Origin: a bacterium
GTDB lineage: Bacteria > Sysuimicrobiota > Sysuimicrobiia > Sysuimicrobiales > Kaftiobacteriaceae
Reading direction: 5' to 3'
Length of the DNA: 20,988 nt
Assembly (NCBI GenBank): GCA_044868695.1
Contig: JBIOWP010000108.1
Span: 1-20,988, forward strand
The position numbers and the translations under genes are program-made. Position 1 is the stretch's first letter. Each line of letters begins with the position of its first letter. Of this stretch, positions 1-8,411 are shown piece after piece. Under the pieces are notes generated by a model. That model was not told the origin of the DNA. It ran no database searches and was given only the letters and a program-made list of their open reading frames with translations.

Positions 1-169
1 ATGTCGCGGGAAAGAGTAGAGGCCGTCGTGTTCCGTCGCATATTGGCAGGCGAGCATGCCAGGGAGCGTGAGGCCTGCACATCCAATCCGAAGCCGCCCG
101 ACTCGACGCGAGGGACCGCCCCCGAGCAGCCAGCCGCCCGTCCATGCAGACGCCCCACTGCCTAGAAGA

Positions 170-201
170 GGGTAGTGGTATTTCAAACTGACCCACTACC
201 C
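170..201. repeat. Inverted repeat GGGTAGTGG-N14-CCACTACCC (hairpin or palindromic element)
   Basis: Perfect 9-bp arms at 170-178 and 193-201 around the loop TATTTCAAACTGAC, immediately upstream of a sigma70-like promoter. Confidence 0.6.
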
Positions 202-215
202 AAGCCAGAGGTCCC

Positions 216-243
216 TTGACAGGCCGGCCGCCGATGATAGAAT
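216..243 (+). promoter_or_regulatory. Sigma70-type promoter for the REC-PHP gene
   Basis: TTGACA (216-221), a 16-bp spacer and TAGAAT (238-243), with an extended -10 TG at 235-236. It lies about 60 bp upstream of ATG 307. Confidence 0.65.
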
Positions 244-306
244 CCGACTGACACCAGATACGGGCCGGGACGCCCACGCGCAGCGTTGCGTGTGGGCGTT
301 ACCATT

Positions 307-1542
307 ATGAAACCACCTTCCGAGGTTGCCACCGCATCTGCCCGCGTGATCGTCGCCGACGACGAGGCGGTCATCCGCATGGGCCTGCGCAGCATGCTGG
401 AAGCCGCCGGCCACGAGATCGTGGGCGAGGCCTCCACCGCCGACGAGGTGTTTGATCTGGCGCAGGGGCGCGGCGCCGACGTCGTCCTGCTGGACGTCAT
501 GATGCCGGGGATGGATACGCTGCAGGCGGCGCGCATCCTGGCGAAGGACTTCGCGCTGCAGGTCGTGTTCGTGTCCGCCTTCAGCGACCCGGGCCTCCGG
601 TCCCAGGCCGCCGCCGCGGGCGCCGCAGCGTATGTCGTCAAGCCCGTGCGCGACGACCAGCTGCTGGCGGCGATTGCCGCGGCCACGGGGCGCAAGATCA
701 CCCGTCCGGACTACCACACCCATCTGGAAAACTACGGCCTGAGCCGCGACGCGGTCCTGCGGCTCTGCGACGCCGCCCTGGCCGCCGGCGTGACCGAGAT
801 CGGCATCACGGAGCACGCCTACCACTTCCGGCAGTGCCGCGAGATCTATCCGAAGGATAACGCTTGGATCCACGGCACCGCTTCCGCGGACCGGCACGAG
901 TGGGACCTCGAGGCCTACGTGGCTCTGCTGGCGGGAGCACGCGATGAGGGACTTCCCGTCAAGATGGCGATGGAGTGGGACTACTGCCCCGGCCAGGAAG
1001 CCGCGCTCGAGCGTCTGGTCCGGGCCTACGACTGGGACTTCACGCTGGGCTCTGTCCACTGGCTGCCGGGCCGCGGAGGCGGGTGGTGGGGGTTCGACAT
1101 GCCGCAGGAAGCCGCGGAGTGGCAGCACCGGTCCGCCGACGCGGTGTATGCAGAGTACTTTCGGTTCCTCTCCCGGGCCGCCGGGACCGGGTTGTTCGAC
1201 ATCCTGGCGCACCCCGACGTCATCAAGGTGTTCGGACATCGTGCGCACGGCGATCTGGCTGCTTCCTACACGGAGACCGCGCAGGCGGTGGCGCGCAGCG
1301 GCGCCTGCGTGGAGATCAGCACGGCCGGGTGGCGGAAACCCGTCGGCGAGCTCTATCCGGCCGACGCCTTCCTCGCGGCGCTGCGCAGGAGCGGCGTCCC
1401 CGTGGTGATCAGCTCGGATGCCCACGTGGCGGAGCACATCGGGTACGAGTTCGACCGCGCCGAGGCGATCGTCCGCAGCGCGGGCTATGCGACGCGGTGC
1501 GTCTTCACCCGCCGTCAACGCCGCGAAGTCCCGCTTCCGTAA
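307..1542 (+). CDS. Response-regulator receiver domain fused to a PHP-family (HisJ-like histidinol-phosphatase) domain
   Basis: N-terminal REC motifs: VIVADDE, LLDVMMP (phosphoacceptor Asp), FVSAF, YVVKP. C-terminal PHP motifs: DYHTH, ITEH, GSVH, AHPD, EIST, SSDAH. ATG 307 is preferred over the upstream TTG at 286. Confidence 0.85.
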   Translation: MKPPSEVATASARVIVADDEAVIRMGLRSMLEAAGHEIVGEASTADEVFDLAQGRGADVVLLDVMMPGMDTLQAARILAKDFALQVVFVSAFSDPGLRSQAAAAGAAAYVVKPVRDDQLLAAIAAATGRKITRPDYHTHLENYGLSRDAVLRLCDAALAAGVTEIGITEHAYHFRQCREIYPKDNAWIHGTASADRHEWDLEAYVALLAGARDEGLPVKMAMEWDYCPGQEAALERLVRAYDWDFTLGSVHWLPGRGGGWWGFDMPQEAAEWQHRSADAVYAEYFRFLSRAAGTGLFDILAHPDVIKVFGHRAHGDLAASYTETAQAVARSGACVEISTAGWRKPVGELYPADAFLAALRRSGVPVVISSDAHVAEHIGYEFDRAEAIVRSAGYATRCVFTRRQRREVPLP

Positions 1543-1597
1543 CCCCGGTGAAGGCCCCGGTGGCCGGGCGTAGAATCAGCCAACGCACCCGGGCGCC

Positions 1598-2689
1598 ATG
1601 CCGACGATCAGGCTGATTAACCTCTCCAAATCCTACCGCGTGGGCCGGGAGGCCGTCCCCGCGGTGGACCGGATTACCCTGGACGCCCCGGACGGCAAGA
1701 TCCTCACGCTCCTCGGCCCCAGCGGGTGCGGCAAGTCCACGACGCTGCGCTGTGTGGCGGGCCTCGAACGCCCCGACGACGGAGAGATTCTCTTTGACCA
1801 GCGCCCGCTGTTCAGCAGCGAGCGGCGGATCGCCGTGCCGCCGGAGCGCCGCAACGTGGGAATGGTATTTCAGTCGTACGCGATCTGGCCCCACCTCACC
1901 GTCTATCAGAACATCGCGTATCCTCTGCAGCTCCGCCGGCTGCCGCCCCGGCAGATCGAAGAGCGCGTGCGGGACGTCCTCTCGCTGGTCGGCCTCTCGG
2001 GACTCGAAGAGCGGCCGGGGCCGTATCTCAGCGGCGGGCAGCAGCAGCGGGTCGTTCTGGCCCGCGCGCTCGTGTACCGGCCCGAAGTGCTCCTGCTGGA
2101 CGAGCCATTGTCCAACCTCGACGCTAAAGTCCGCGAGCAGGTCCGCGAAGAACTGCGGGTCCTCCAGCGCCGGCTGGGGATCACGACCCTCTACGTCACG
2201 CACGACCAGCTGGAGGCGCTGGGCCTCTCGGATGTGGTCGCGGTCATGCAGGCTGGACGCATCGTCGAAATGGGCAGCCCGCAGGAACTGTACGCGCGGC
2301 CGCGGCATCCCTTCACCGCCTCCTTCCTCGGAGAAATCAGCTACATCACGGGCACCGCGGGAACGGCCGACGGCGGCCTGGTCAAGATCCTCGCATCCAG
2401 CGGGCCGCTGTGGGGGATGTGGTCGGAGCATGCGACGGCCGGGACGCCGGTGGTGGCCGGTGTGCGGCCCGAGCACGTGAGGCTCAGCCGCAATCGCCCA
2501 GGTGATGGGACGAACGTCCTCGAGGGCACGGTGACGTCGGCGCTGTTCGAAGGGACGCGGGTGAAATACCGCGTCGCCGTCGGCGAGTTCACCCTGCTGG
2601 CCTACGGCGACGAGCTCTTCCCGCTCGACGAACGGCTCTACGCCGCGATCGAGCCCAAGCACCTGATCCTGTTGCCCCGTCTCATTTAG
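1598..2689 (+). CDS. ABC transporter ATP-binding protein (FbpC/PotA-like, C-terminal TOBE-type region)
   Basis: Walker A GPSGCGKS, Q-loop VFQSYA, signature LSGGQQQR, Walker B LLLDEP, H-loop YVTHD. Confidence 0.95.
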   Translation: MPTIRLINLSKSYRVGREAVPAVDRITLDAPDGKILTLLGPSGCGKSTTLRCVAGLERPDDGEILFDQRPLFSSERRIAVPPERRNVGMVFQSYAIWPHLTVYQNIAYPLQLRRLPPRQIEERVRDVLSLVGLSGLEERPGPYLSGGQQQRVVLARALVYRPEVLLLDEPLSNLDAKVREQVREELRVLQRRLGITTLYVTHDQLEALGLSDVVAVMQAGRIVEMGSPQELYARPRHPFTASFLGEISYITGTAGTADGGLVKILASSGPLWGMWSEHATAGTPVVAGVRPEHVRLSRNRPGDGTNVLEGTVTSALFEGTRVKYRVAVGEFTLLAYGDELFPLDERLYAAIEPKHLILLPRLI

Positions 2690-2692
2690 GCA

Positions 2693-2721
2693 GTCATCGC
2701 CCCTTCAGGGCTCGCGATGAC
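2693..2721. terminator. Hairpin between convergent genes (possible bidirectional terminator or REP-like element)
   Basis: GTCATCGC (2693-2700) pairs with GCGATGAC (2714-2721), with an inner CCCT/AGGG stem. It lies between the stop codons at 2689 and 2736 and has no clear U-tract. Confidence 0.45.
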
Positions 2722-2735
2722 ACAACGGAGACTCA

Positions 2736-4454
2736 CTAACCGGCGAGTGGTGTTCTGCTGACCCGGCGGGCGGCGGTCACCAGCAGCACCGACGCCAGGC
2801 TCACTACGACCCCGAGCGCCGCCATGCGCCCCTGCTGGCCGTCGATCCATAGATGGTAGAGCAGCGGGCCCACCGGCTCAGACCGGGGAGAATAAAGGAA
2901 GAGCGACGTGCTGAATTCTCTCATGAAGACGGTCGCCAGAAACGCCCACCCCGCCATGAACCCCGGACGCAGCAGCGGGAAGAGCACGCGCCGGAAGGTC
3001 GCCACCATCCCGGCCCCGCATACCCGGGAGGCCTCCTCCAGTTCCGTATGCACCTGGACCATCGTGCTGGTCATGGCGCGCAGGCCGAAGGGGAGAAATC
3101 GCGTGACGTACGCAATGAGCAGGATCCAGGCCGTCGCGTAGACCGGCACCGGAAGGCGCACGTACCCCCACAGGAGCCCGATCGCCAGCGCCGTCCCGGG
3201 AAACGCGAACGGGATAAAGGTGAGGACCTCCAGGACCCAGCGGCCGGCCACCCGCGTCCGCACGGTCAGATAGGCCACCACGGACGCCAGCACCATGCCC
3301 AGCGTGGCCCCGCCGATCGCGAGCGATACGCTGATCCGCAGCGCGCGGGCGACGCGGTCGTTGTCGAGCAGGAACGCGTAGTGCTTCAGGGTCAGCAGCC
3401 CGATCGTTTCCCTGGTGGGAACCGAATAGAACGGCAGGAGCGAGGTAAGGACCAGCACACAGAACGGCAGAAGCACGATCAGGCTCAGCAGGAGGATGGC
3501 GCCGGCCGAGGCCGCGTAGCGCCATTCCCCCAGGGCGATGGTGTGGGGGCGGTAGGCGCGGCCTGAGATGGTCGCAAAGCGCTCCGTCCTCGTGGTGAGG
3601 CGGCGGTACGCGTAGACGAGCAGCATCGCGACACCCAGCAGGCTCATCGCATAGGTGGCGGCCAGGTTGTGGTTGGGCGGATAGGAGGTCAGCGCCTCCC
3701 GGGCGATCTTGGTGGTAAAGACCTCGATGCGCGCCGGGATCGCGATGATCGCGGGCGTGTCGAAGCTCTCAATCGCCCGCGTGAAGTTCAACAGCCCGGC
3801 GGCCAGCAGCGCCGGCCGGATCATCGGCGTCGTGATCCGCCGGGCCGCCTGGAGCGGATGGGCCCCGGCCACCCGGGCCGCTTCCTCCAGGGACGGATCC
3901 ATCGACCGTAGGGCTGCGGAGATGATCAGATACGCCAGCGGGGCCAGGACCAGCCCTTCGACAAAAATCATGCCGGGCATCGAGTAGACGTTGAACGGCG
4001 GCAGCCCAAGGCGCTGTACGAGGAAGTTGATCAGCCCGATGCGCGGGCTCAGCAGCAGCACCCAGGCGGTCGACGTCAGAAGCGGCGGCAGTACGTTCGG
4101 GACCAGGGCCACCAGTTCGAACAGCCCGCGCCCGGGCGCATCCGTGCGGACTGTGATCCAGGCCAGCGTCCCTGCGACCAGAAGCGAGAACGCCGCCGCG
4201 CCGCCCGCGAAGACAAACGAGCTCCCGATCAGCCGGTAGGTATTCGGATCGCCGTATGCTGTGCGGTAGTGGGTGAGGGTCAGCCTGCCGGCCACACCCA
4301 GCGGCGCGTCGCTCACGCTGCCGTAGAACAGCATGGCCGTTGGGAAGAGGGCGAGAAACGCCAGGATGGCTCCGACCCCGATCGCGGCGAGCAGCGCGGG
4401 GTCGGTTCGGGCCGCCCAGGCGACCGGACGCCCGGCGGCGAGCACGCGGGCCAT
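2736..4454 (-). CDS. ABC transporter permease, FbpB-like with two fused transmembrane domains
   Basis: 572 aa and highly hydrophobic, with two EAA loops (DPSLEEAARVAGA, HTELEEASRVCGA). Confidence 0.93.
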   Translation of the reverse strand: MARVLAAGRPVAWAARTDPALLAAIGVGAILAFLALFPTAMLFYGSVSDAPLGVAGRLTLTHYRTAYGDPNTYRLIGSSFVFAGGAAAFSLLVAGTLAWITVRTDAPGRGLFELVALVPNVLPPLLTSTAWVLLLSPRIGLINFLVQRLGLPPFNVYSMPGMIFVEGLVLAPLAYLIISAALRSMDPSLEEAARVAGAHPLQAARRITTPMIRPALLAAGLLNFTRAIESFDTPAIIAIPARIEVFTTKIAREALTSYPPNHNLAATYAMSLLGVAMLLVYAYRRLTTRTERFATISGRAYRPHTIALGEWRYAASAGAILLLSLIVLLPFCVLVLTSLLPFYSVPTRETIGLLTLKHYAFLLDNDRVARALRISVSLAIGGATLGMVLASVVAYLTVRTRVAGRWVLEVLTFIPFAFPGTALAIGLLWGYVRLPVPVYATAWILLIAYVTRFLPFGLRAMTSTMVQVHTELEEASRVCGAGMVATFRRVLFPLLRPGFMAGWAFLATVFMREFSTSLFLYSPRSEPVGPLLYHLWIDGQQGRMAALGVVVSLASVLLVTAARRVSRTPLAG

Positions 4455-4469
4455 AATGGGTGCGCGCGG

Positions 4470-5492
4470 TCAGCGCTTCAAAAAGATGCTGCCGACCTGG
4501 TCGCGAAACTGCTTGAGGTCCTGCTCGCTCAAGTCATTCATGAGGATGATGCGCAGCTTGTCCGCGTCTTTGATCGGCGGATAGACGCCGGGCATCAGGA
4601 CGAACTCGCCGGCCCGGGCCAGCGCCAGCAGCCCCAGCCGCGACGTGAAGACGTCCACAAACAACCGCGCCGCGTTCGGGTGCGGGGCCTTCGCGCTCAC
4701 GGCGACGTGATGCGCTTCCGCCAGAACAGGGTCCAACCGGACGTAGTCCAGGGGCGCGCCCTCGCTGCCGAAGACGTACACGTACTTGACATAGGTGATG
4801 CCCAGGGGGAACTCGCCGACGATGACCTTCTGGGCCACCGGGAGGAACGACTCCGCGAGCGTGACCTGGCCGGCCAGCCGCTCGACGAACGGCCGGTACT
4901 GCGCTCCCATCACCCGCTCGAGGTTCGCCAGCCAGACCGCCGTCGTCGTGTGCACGTTGGGGTCCGGCATCACGATCTTGCCCTTCCACTTGGGATCGAG
5001 CAGATCCGCGAGGGTCTTCGGCGCCTCTTCCGCTTTGACCAGGCGGGTGTTGTACAGAATGCTCACCACGACCTGGCGGTACGAGGGGGACAGCACGCCT
5101 TCGGCGTCGCGCGTCGCAGACGGGTAAGAGTCATACGACGCGGAGACGTACCTGCCGAAGATGCCCGCGGTTTTCAGGATCAGCATGGGGCTGCGGTTGG
5201 TCAACACGACGTCGTACTGCGGCCGGCCCGCGCGAGATTCCGTGAGGACGCGGTCCATGACCGCGTTCGAGGCCGAGCGGAAGTAGTCCACGGGCACGCC
5301 GTACCGGCCTTCGAAGATTTTCTTGATGACTTCGAAGATGTCGGACTCCATGGAGCCGTAGACGACGACGCGGCCCTCCTGTTTAGCCGCACTGAGGAGA
5401 TCGGTCTGGCTCTGGGCCGCGGGAACGGCGAGAATCAGCAGCACCACGCCGGCCACCCAGGCAACGGCGGTCTTCCACACTGACGCGCGCAT
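4470..5492 (-). CDS. ABC transporter extracellular solute-binding protein (Fe3+/thiamine/polyamine-type class)
   Basis: ATG at 5492 preceded by a G-rich SD. Signal peptide MRASVWKTAVAWVAGVVLLILAVPAAQS and motifs AAKQEGRVVVY, DLLDPKWKGKI, APHPNAARLF. The upstream extension in the ORF track is probably spurious. Confidence 0.92.
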   Translation of the reverse strand: MRASVWKTAVAWVAGVVLLILAVPAAQSQTDLLSAAKQEGRVVVYGSMESDIFEVIKKIFEGRYGVPVDYFRSASNAVMDRVLTESRAGRPQYDVVLTNRSPMLILKTAGIFGRYVSASYDSYPSATRDAEGVLSPSYRQVVVSILYNTRLVKAEEAPKTLADLLDPKWKGKIVMPDPNVHTTTAVWLANLERVMGAQYRPFVERLAGQVTLAESFLPVAQKVIVGEFPLGITYVKYVYVFGSEGAPLDYVRLDPVLAEAHHVAVSAKAPHPNAARLFVDVFTSRLGLLALARAGEFVLMPGVYPPIKDADKLRIILMNDLSEQDLKQFRDQVGSIFLKR

Positions 5493-5568
5493 ACGGATCC
5501 CCCCGAGGGAATAAGGTACTAGCCCCGTTCGCTGCGCCCCACGGCCCTCCTCTGACGGACCGTGCCGG

Positions 5569-6552
5569 CTATTCGCTGAGCAATGTGAGGGGAACGAACA
5601 GTTCCTCGAGCGCCACGGGGCGCGGCAGCAGGCGCTGCTCCACAAGGTACTGCACGAGTGAGTTCAGCACGTCACGGTTCGCCTCGAGCCCGTAGGGCCA
5701 CGGATCAGACCCAAAGACCTCGGCCAGCTCGTCGAGGTCCGAGTGCAGCCAGGGCAGCGTGTAGCGCAGCGTGCTGCTGAACCGCATTTGCGTCAGGCAC
5801 CACGCCTTCGCCTCCACGAATGCCTTGTACAGACTTTCTGCGATCCACCGGTGCTCTGCGTACAATGCTTCGCGGATGACCAGCGTGTGCATGATGGGGA
5901 AGATGCCGGTCTTCTTGTAGTACTCCCGCTCCAGTTCACGGTAGTTGGGAAAGAGGCGTGCCACGCGGGAGTCCTTCCCCAACGCGGCGGGCCGGCGGGC
6001 GCCGATGAGCGCGTCGATCTCTCCCGCGACCAGCAGGTCGTTGAGCGGGCGGTCCCTGACCCGCGTCATCGACACCTCCTGGTCGGGCCGGATCACCAGC
6101 GCGTCGGGCCGGTCGGGGCCGTTCACGCCACCGGTGAACCAGCGCACCGTCTCCAGGTTGACATCATACTCATGCTGCAGCAGGCCGCGGATCCACACCG
6201 CCGCCGTCTGGCTGTACTCGGGCACGCCGATCCGCTTGCCCTCCAGGTCTTTGGGACTGCGGATCCCGGCGTTGGTGTTCACGAAGATGAAGCCGTGCCG
6301 GAACATGCGGGACGGGAACACCGGCAGGGCGACAAACGGGAACTCGCCCAACCCTTTCTTGACCAGGGCGTGGGCGCAGGACATCTCCGAGGCGTCGAAC
6401 GCCTCCGTGGCCACCATGCGCGCGAAGATCTCCGGTGGGGACTGGATGGCGACGTAGTTGAGGTCGATGCCTTCGGCCTGTACTGCGCCGGTGCGCAGCG
6501 CTTCCGTGCGGTCGTAGGGTCCGCAGGCCAGAGTGACGCGGAGGGGAGGCAT
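5569..6552 (-). CDS. 4,5-dihydroxyphthalate decarboxylase-like protein (OphC/Pht5 family, periplasmic-binding-protein fold)
   Basis: Motifs YDRT, PPEIFAR, PVFPSRMFRH, IGVPEYSQTAAVWIRG, GIFPIMH and DPWPYG are typical of this family. There is no signal peptide, and the gene starts 5 bp downstream of the Rieske beta gene. Confidence 0.8.
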   Translation of the reverse strand: MPPLRVTLACGPYDRTEALRTGAVQAEGIDLNYVAIQSPPEIFARMVATEAFDASEMSCAHALVKKGLGEFPFVALPVFPSRMFRHGFIFVNTNAGIRSPKDLEGKRIGVPEYSQTAAVWIRGLLQHEYDVNLETVRWFTGGVNGPDRPDALVIRPDQEVSMTRVRDRPLNDLLVAGEIDALIGARRPAALGKDSRVARLFPNYRELEREYYKKTGIFPIMHTLVIREALYAEHRWIAESLYKAFVEAKAWCLTQMRFSSTLRYTLPWLHSDLDELAEVFGSDPWPYGLEANRDVLNSLVQYLVEQRLLPRPVALEELFVPLTLLSE

Positions 6553-6557
6553 CAGGT

Positions 6558-7079
6558 CTACAGCGGGTACACGAAGACGTCCTGCAGCACCGAGGTGTCG
6601 AGGATCACCGTCTTGGCCTTGAACGCCGGCGTCTCGCCGGAGAACGCTACGACGTCATGATATTCGCCGACGGCCAGCAGCCGCGGAGCCACGTCGACCT
6701 GAACGGTCTGGTAGATGGCGAAGTTCGCGCCGACGACCGCGTCCCCCGACGGAGTGAATTCCACCCACACCGGGCCGACGACGTGCCGGGGCCAGGCGTC
6801 GTTGTAGTGGCGGTCCTCCGCGCGCCCGCCGGCGCCCCAAAACTGCCGGATGATCGTCACGCGGTCGATGATGCGGTCTTTGGAATCGTCACGGATGACG
6901 GCGATGGGCAGCCCCCGCTCGTGATTCTCCCTGGTGATCACGACGTATTCCGCGTCATCGCTGAACAGCTGCGGCCACTCCTCGATCCGGCGGGGATCGT
7001 CCACGACGCGGACGTAGCGAGTGAGCAGATCGATCGCGGCCTGCCTGCGCTCCGCGGTGTCCGCGCGGTTAGTCAGCAT
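6558..7079 (-). CDS. Aromatic ring-hydroxylating oxygenase beta subunit (NagH/AndAd-like)
   Basis: 173 aa with SnoaL-like pattern: IEEWPQLF, YVVITRENHERGLP, GEYHDVV, VILDTS, and a C-terminal VYPL. It overlaps the stop of the alpha gene by 11 bp. Confidence 0.9.
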   Translation of the reverse strand: MLTNRADTAERRQAAIDLLTRYVRVVDDPRRIEEWPQLFSDDAEYVVITRENHERGLPIAVIRDDSKDRIIDRVTIIRQFWGAGGRAEDRHYNDAWPRHVVGPVWVEFTPSGDAVVGANFAIYQTVQVDVAPRLLAVGEYHDVVAFSGETPAFKAKTVILDTSVLQDVFVYPL

Positions 7080-8304
7080 GCGCCGGAAATCCCAGCAGTC
7101 GTCGATAGGCCTGGTAGAAGTGGCGGATCGGTGCTTCGTCTACGTGGCGGTACGGGGGGAAGCGCTTGAGGGTCCCTTTCAGGACGACGTTCTGGCCGCG
7201 TGCGGCCGCGCTGAGCTGCACCCGTTCGAGCGCCGCGGCGTCCTCCAGCGTGATCGCGCCGGCCGGCCCGAGCACCTCCGGCCCCTGGCGCACGCGGTGC
7301 CGGAGCGCCTCCTCGGTATCGCCGGCGCGCCCGAAGAAGGCAAATTCGATCTGGGTCCGATCCAGCGCCAGCGGCACGACGTAGCGCATCTGGATCGTGT
7401 CGAAGTAGTCCGTGACCACTCCGGACGGGAAGACGACCATCATGTTGTGGTCGGTGGTGGGCTTCGTGCGGGTGTCGAACAGGCTCATGTCCCGCAGCGC
7501 CGCCGTCAGCTCGTTGACCGGCGTGGACTTGGACCGCCCCCACAGATGTCCGTTGCGCTCGTAGTTGGGCACCAGACGCTCGCCGCCGTGGGAGCGCAGC
7601 CGGACCACCTGAAACCCGGTGTGCAGGGCGGTAACGTGGTAGCCATCGTAGATGTTCTCGACGTACAGCTTCCAGTTCGTCCGGAAGATCACCCGGATCG
7701 ACCCCAGGTAGCGCAGCGCGCCGTCGCCGAGCACCCGGTCCAACCCCTCGCTCATCTCGGCCAGGTACTCGCGCAGCGGCGGCGTGGCGTCGCTGAACGT
7801 CGCAAACAGCGCCCCTTTGTACGCCTCGACGCGGGCGTGGGGCAGCCCATAATCCTCTTTGCGGAACTCGGCGGGGAAATCTTCGGGCAGCGACACCGCG
7901 ATCAGGCGGCCTTCGGTGTCGTAGGTCCACATGTGGTAGATGCACCGGAAGCCGCCGCGGTGGACGTTGCCGGTGGGCCCCTCCACCAGGCGGGTGCCGC
8001 GGTGCGCGCACGCGTTGACCATGACCCCCACGCGGCCGCCGGCACCGCGCACCACGATGACGGGGATCGTGCCGACGGAGACCGTCTTGTAGTCGCCGGC
8101 GTTCGGAATCTCGCTCTCGTGCCCGACCAGCACCCAGACCGGCCCCGTGAAGACGGCATCCATTTCGGCACGGAAGAGGTCGGGGTGGGTAAAGATCTCG
8201 CGGGGGATCTTGTTATCTTCGTGGGGCCAGCGGATCTGCCGCAGGACCTGGGGGACGCCGTCCGGATGGGCGCGGTGTGCGGGTGGCCGCGCTTTTGATT
8301 TCAC
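7069..8304 (-). CDS. Rieske non-heme iron oxygenase alpha subunit (salicylate 5-hydroxylase/anthranilate/terephthalate-like group)
   Basis: Rieske motif CAH-x17-CIYH (NACAHRG...FRCIYHMW), mononuclear Fe motif NWKLYVENIYDGYHVTALH, and a C-terminal GPAGAITLEDAAA. The GTG start is uncertain. Confidence 0.92.
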   Translation of the reverse strand: MKSKARPPAHRAHPDGVPQVLRQIRWPHEDNKIPREIFTHPDLFRAEMDAVFTGPVWVLVGHESEIPNAGDYKTVSVGTIPVIVVRGAGGRVGVMVNACAHRGTRLVEGPTGNVHRGGFRCIYHMWTYDTEGRLIAVSLPEDFPAEFRKEDYGLPHARVEAYKGALFATFSDATPPLREYLAEMSEGLDRVLGDGALRYLGSIRVIFRTNWKLYVENIYDGYHVTALHTGFQVVRLRSHGGERLVPNYERNGHLWGRSKSTPVNELTAALRDMSLFDTRTKPTTDHNMMVVFPSGVVTDYFDTIQMRYVVPLALDRTQIEFAFFGRAGDTEEALRHRVRQGPEVLGPAGAITLEDAAALERVQLSAAARGQNVVLKGTLKRFPPYRHVDEAPIRHFYQAYRRLLGFPAHAD

Positions 8305-8350
8305 CGTCGACCGACCCGACGACCGTTGATGTGGCGCCCCCGTCCTGTCG

Positions 8351-8390
8351 TGTAGCGTTCATTATACCTTATGCTATACTACGTTCTACA
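8351..8390. promoter_or_regulatory. Back-to-back divergent promoters
   Basis: An AT-rich island in a GC-rich window. It has a perfect TATAAT on the minus strand (8361-8366) and an extended -10 TG-C-TATACT on the plus strand (8372-8380), flanked by the inverted repeat TGTAG (8351-8355) / CTACA (8386-8390). Confidence 0.65.
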
Positions 8391-8411
8391 TTGCGGAGTG
8401 CGGGAGGTCGC

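Noticed and set aside
1..165. 54-codon ORF from the ATG at position 1 (MSRERVEAVVFRR...PTA*)
   Set aside because: It is short, has no recognisable motif and its upstream context is not visible. It could be the tail of a gene or non-coding.
196..1518. 440-aa minus-strand ORF and other ORFs overlapping the REC-PHP gene
   Set aside because: These are antisense or alternate-frame shadows of a motif-bearing gene, expected in high-GC DNA.
1543..1569. CCCCGGTG direct repeat or small hairpin after the REC-PHP stop as a terminator
   Set aside because: It is short, GC-rich and lacks a U-tract, so it is plausible by chance.
5493..5645. N-terminal extensions in the ORF track (also 8277-8411, 13073-13168, 16369-16494, 17412-17594, 19075-19497)
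   Set aside because: Downstream starts have SD sequences or stop-start coupling and match domain boundaries, whereas the extensions overlap neighbouring genes or promoters.
5569..6552. Alternative call as an ABC (SsuA/NMT1-like) substrate-binding protein
   Set aside because: It has no signal peptide, the motifs fit the decarboxylase family that shares this fold, and a true binding protein lies next to it.
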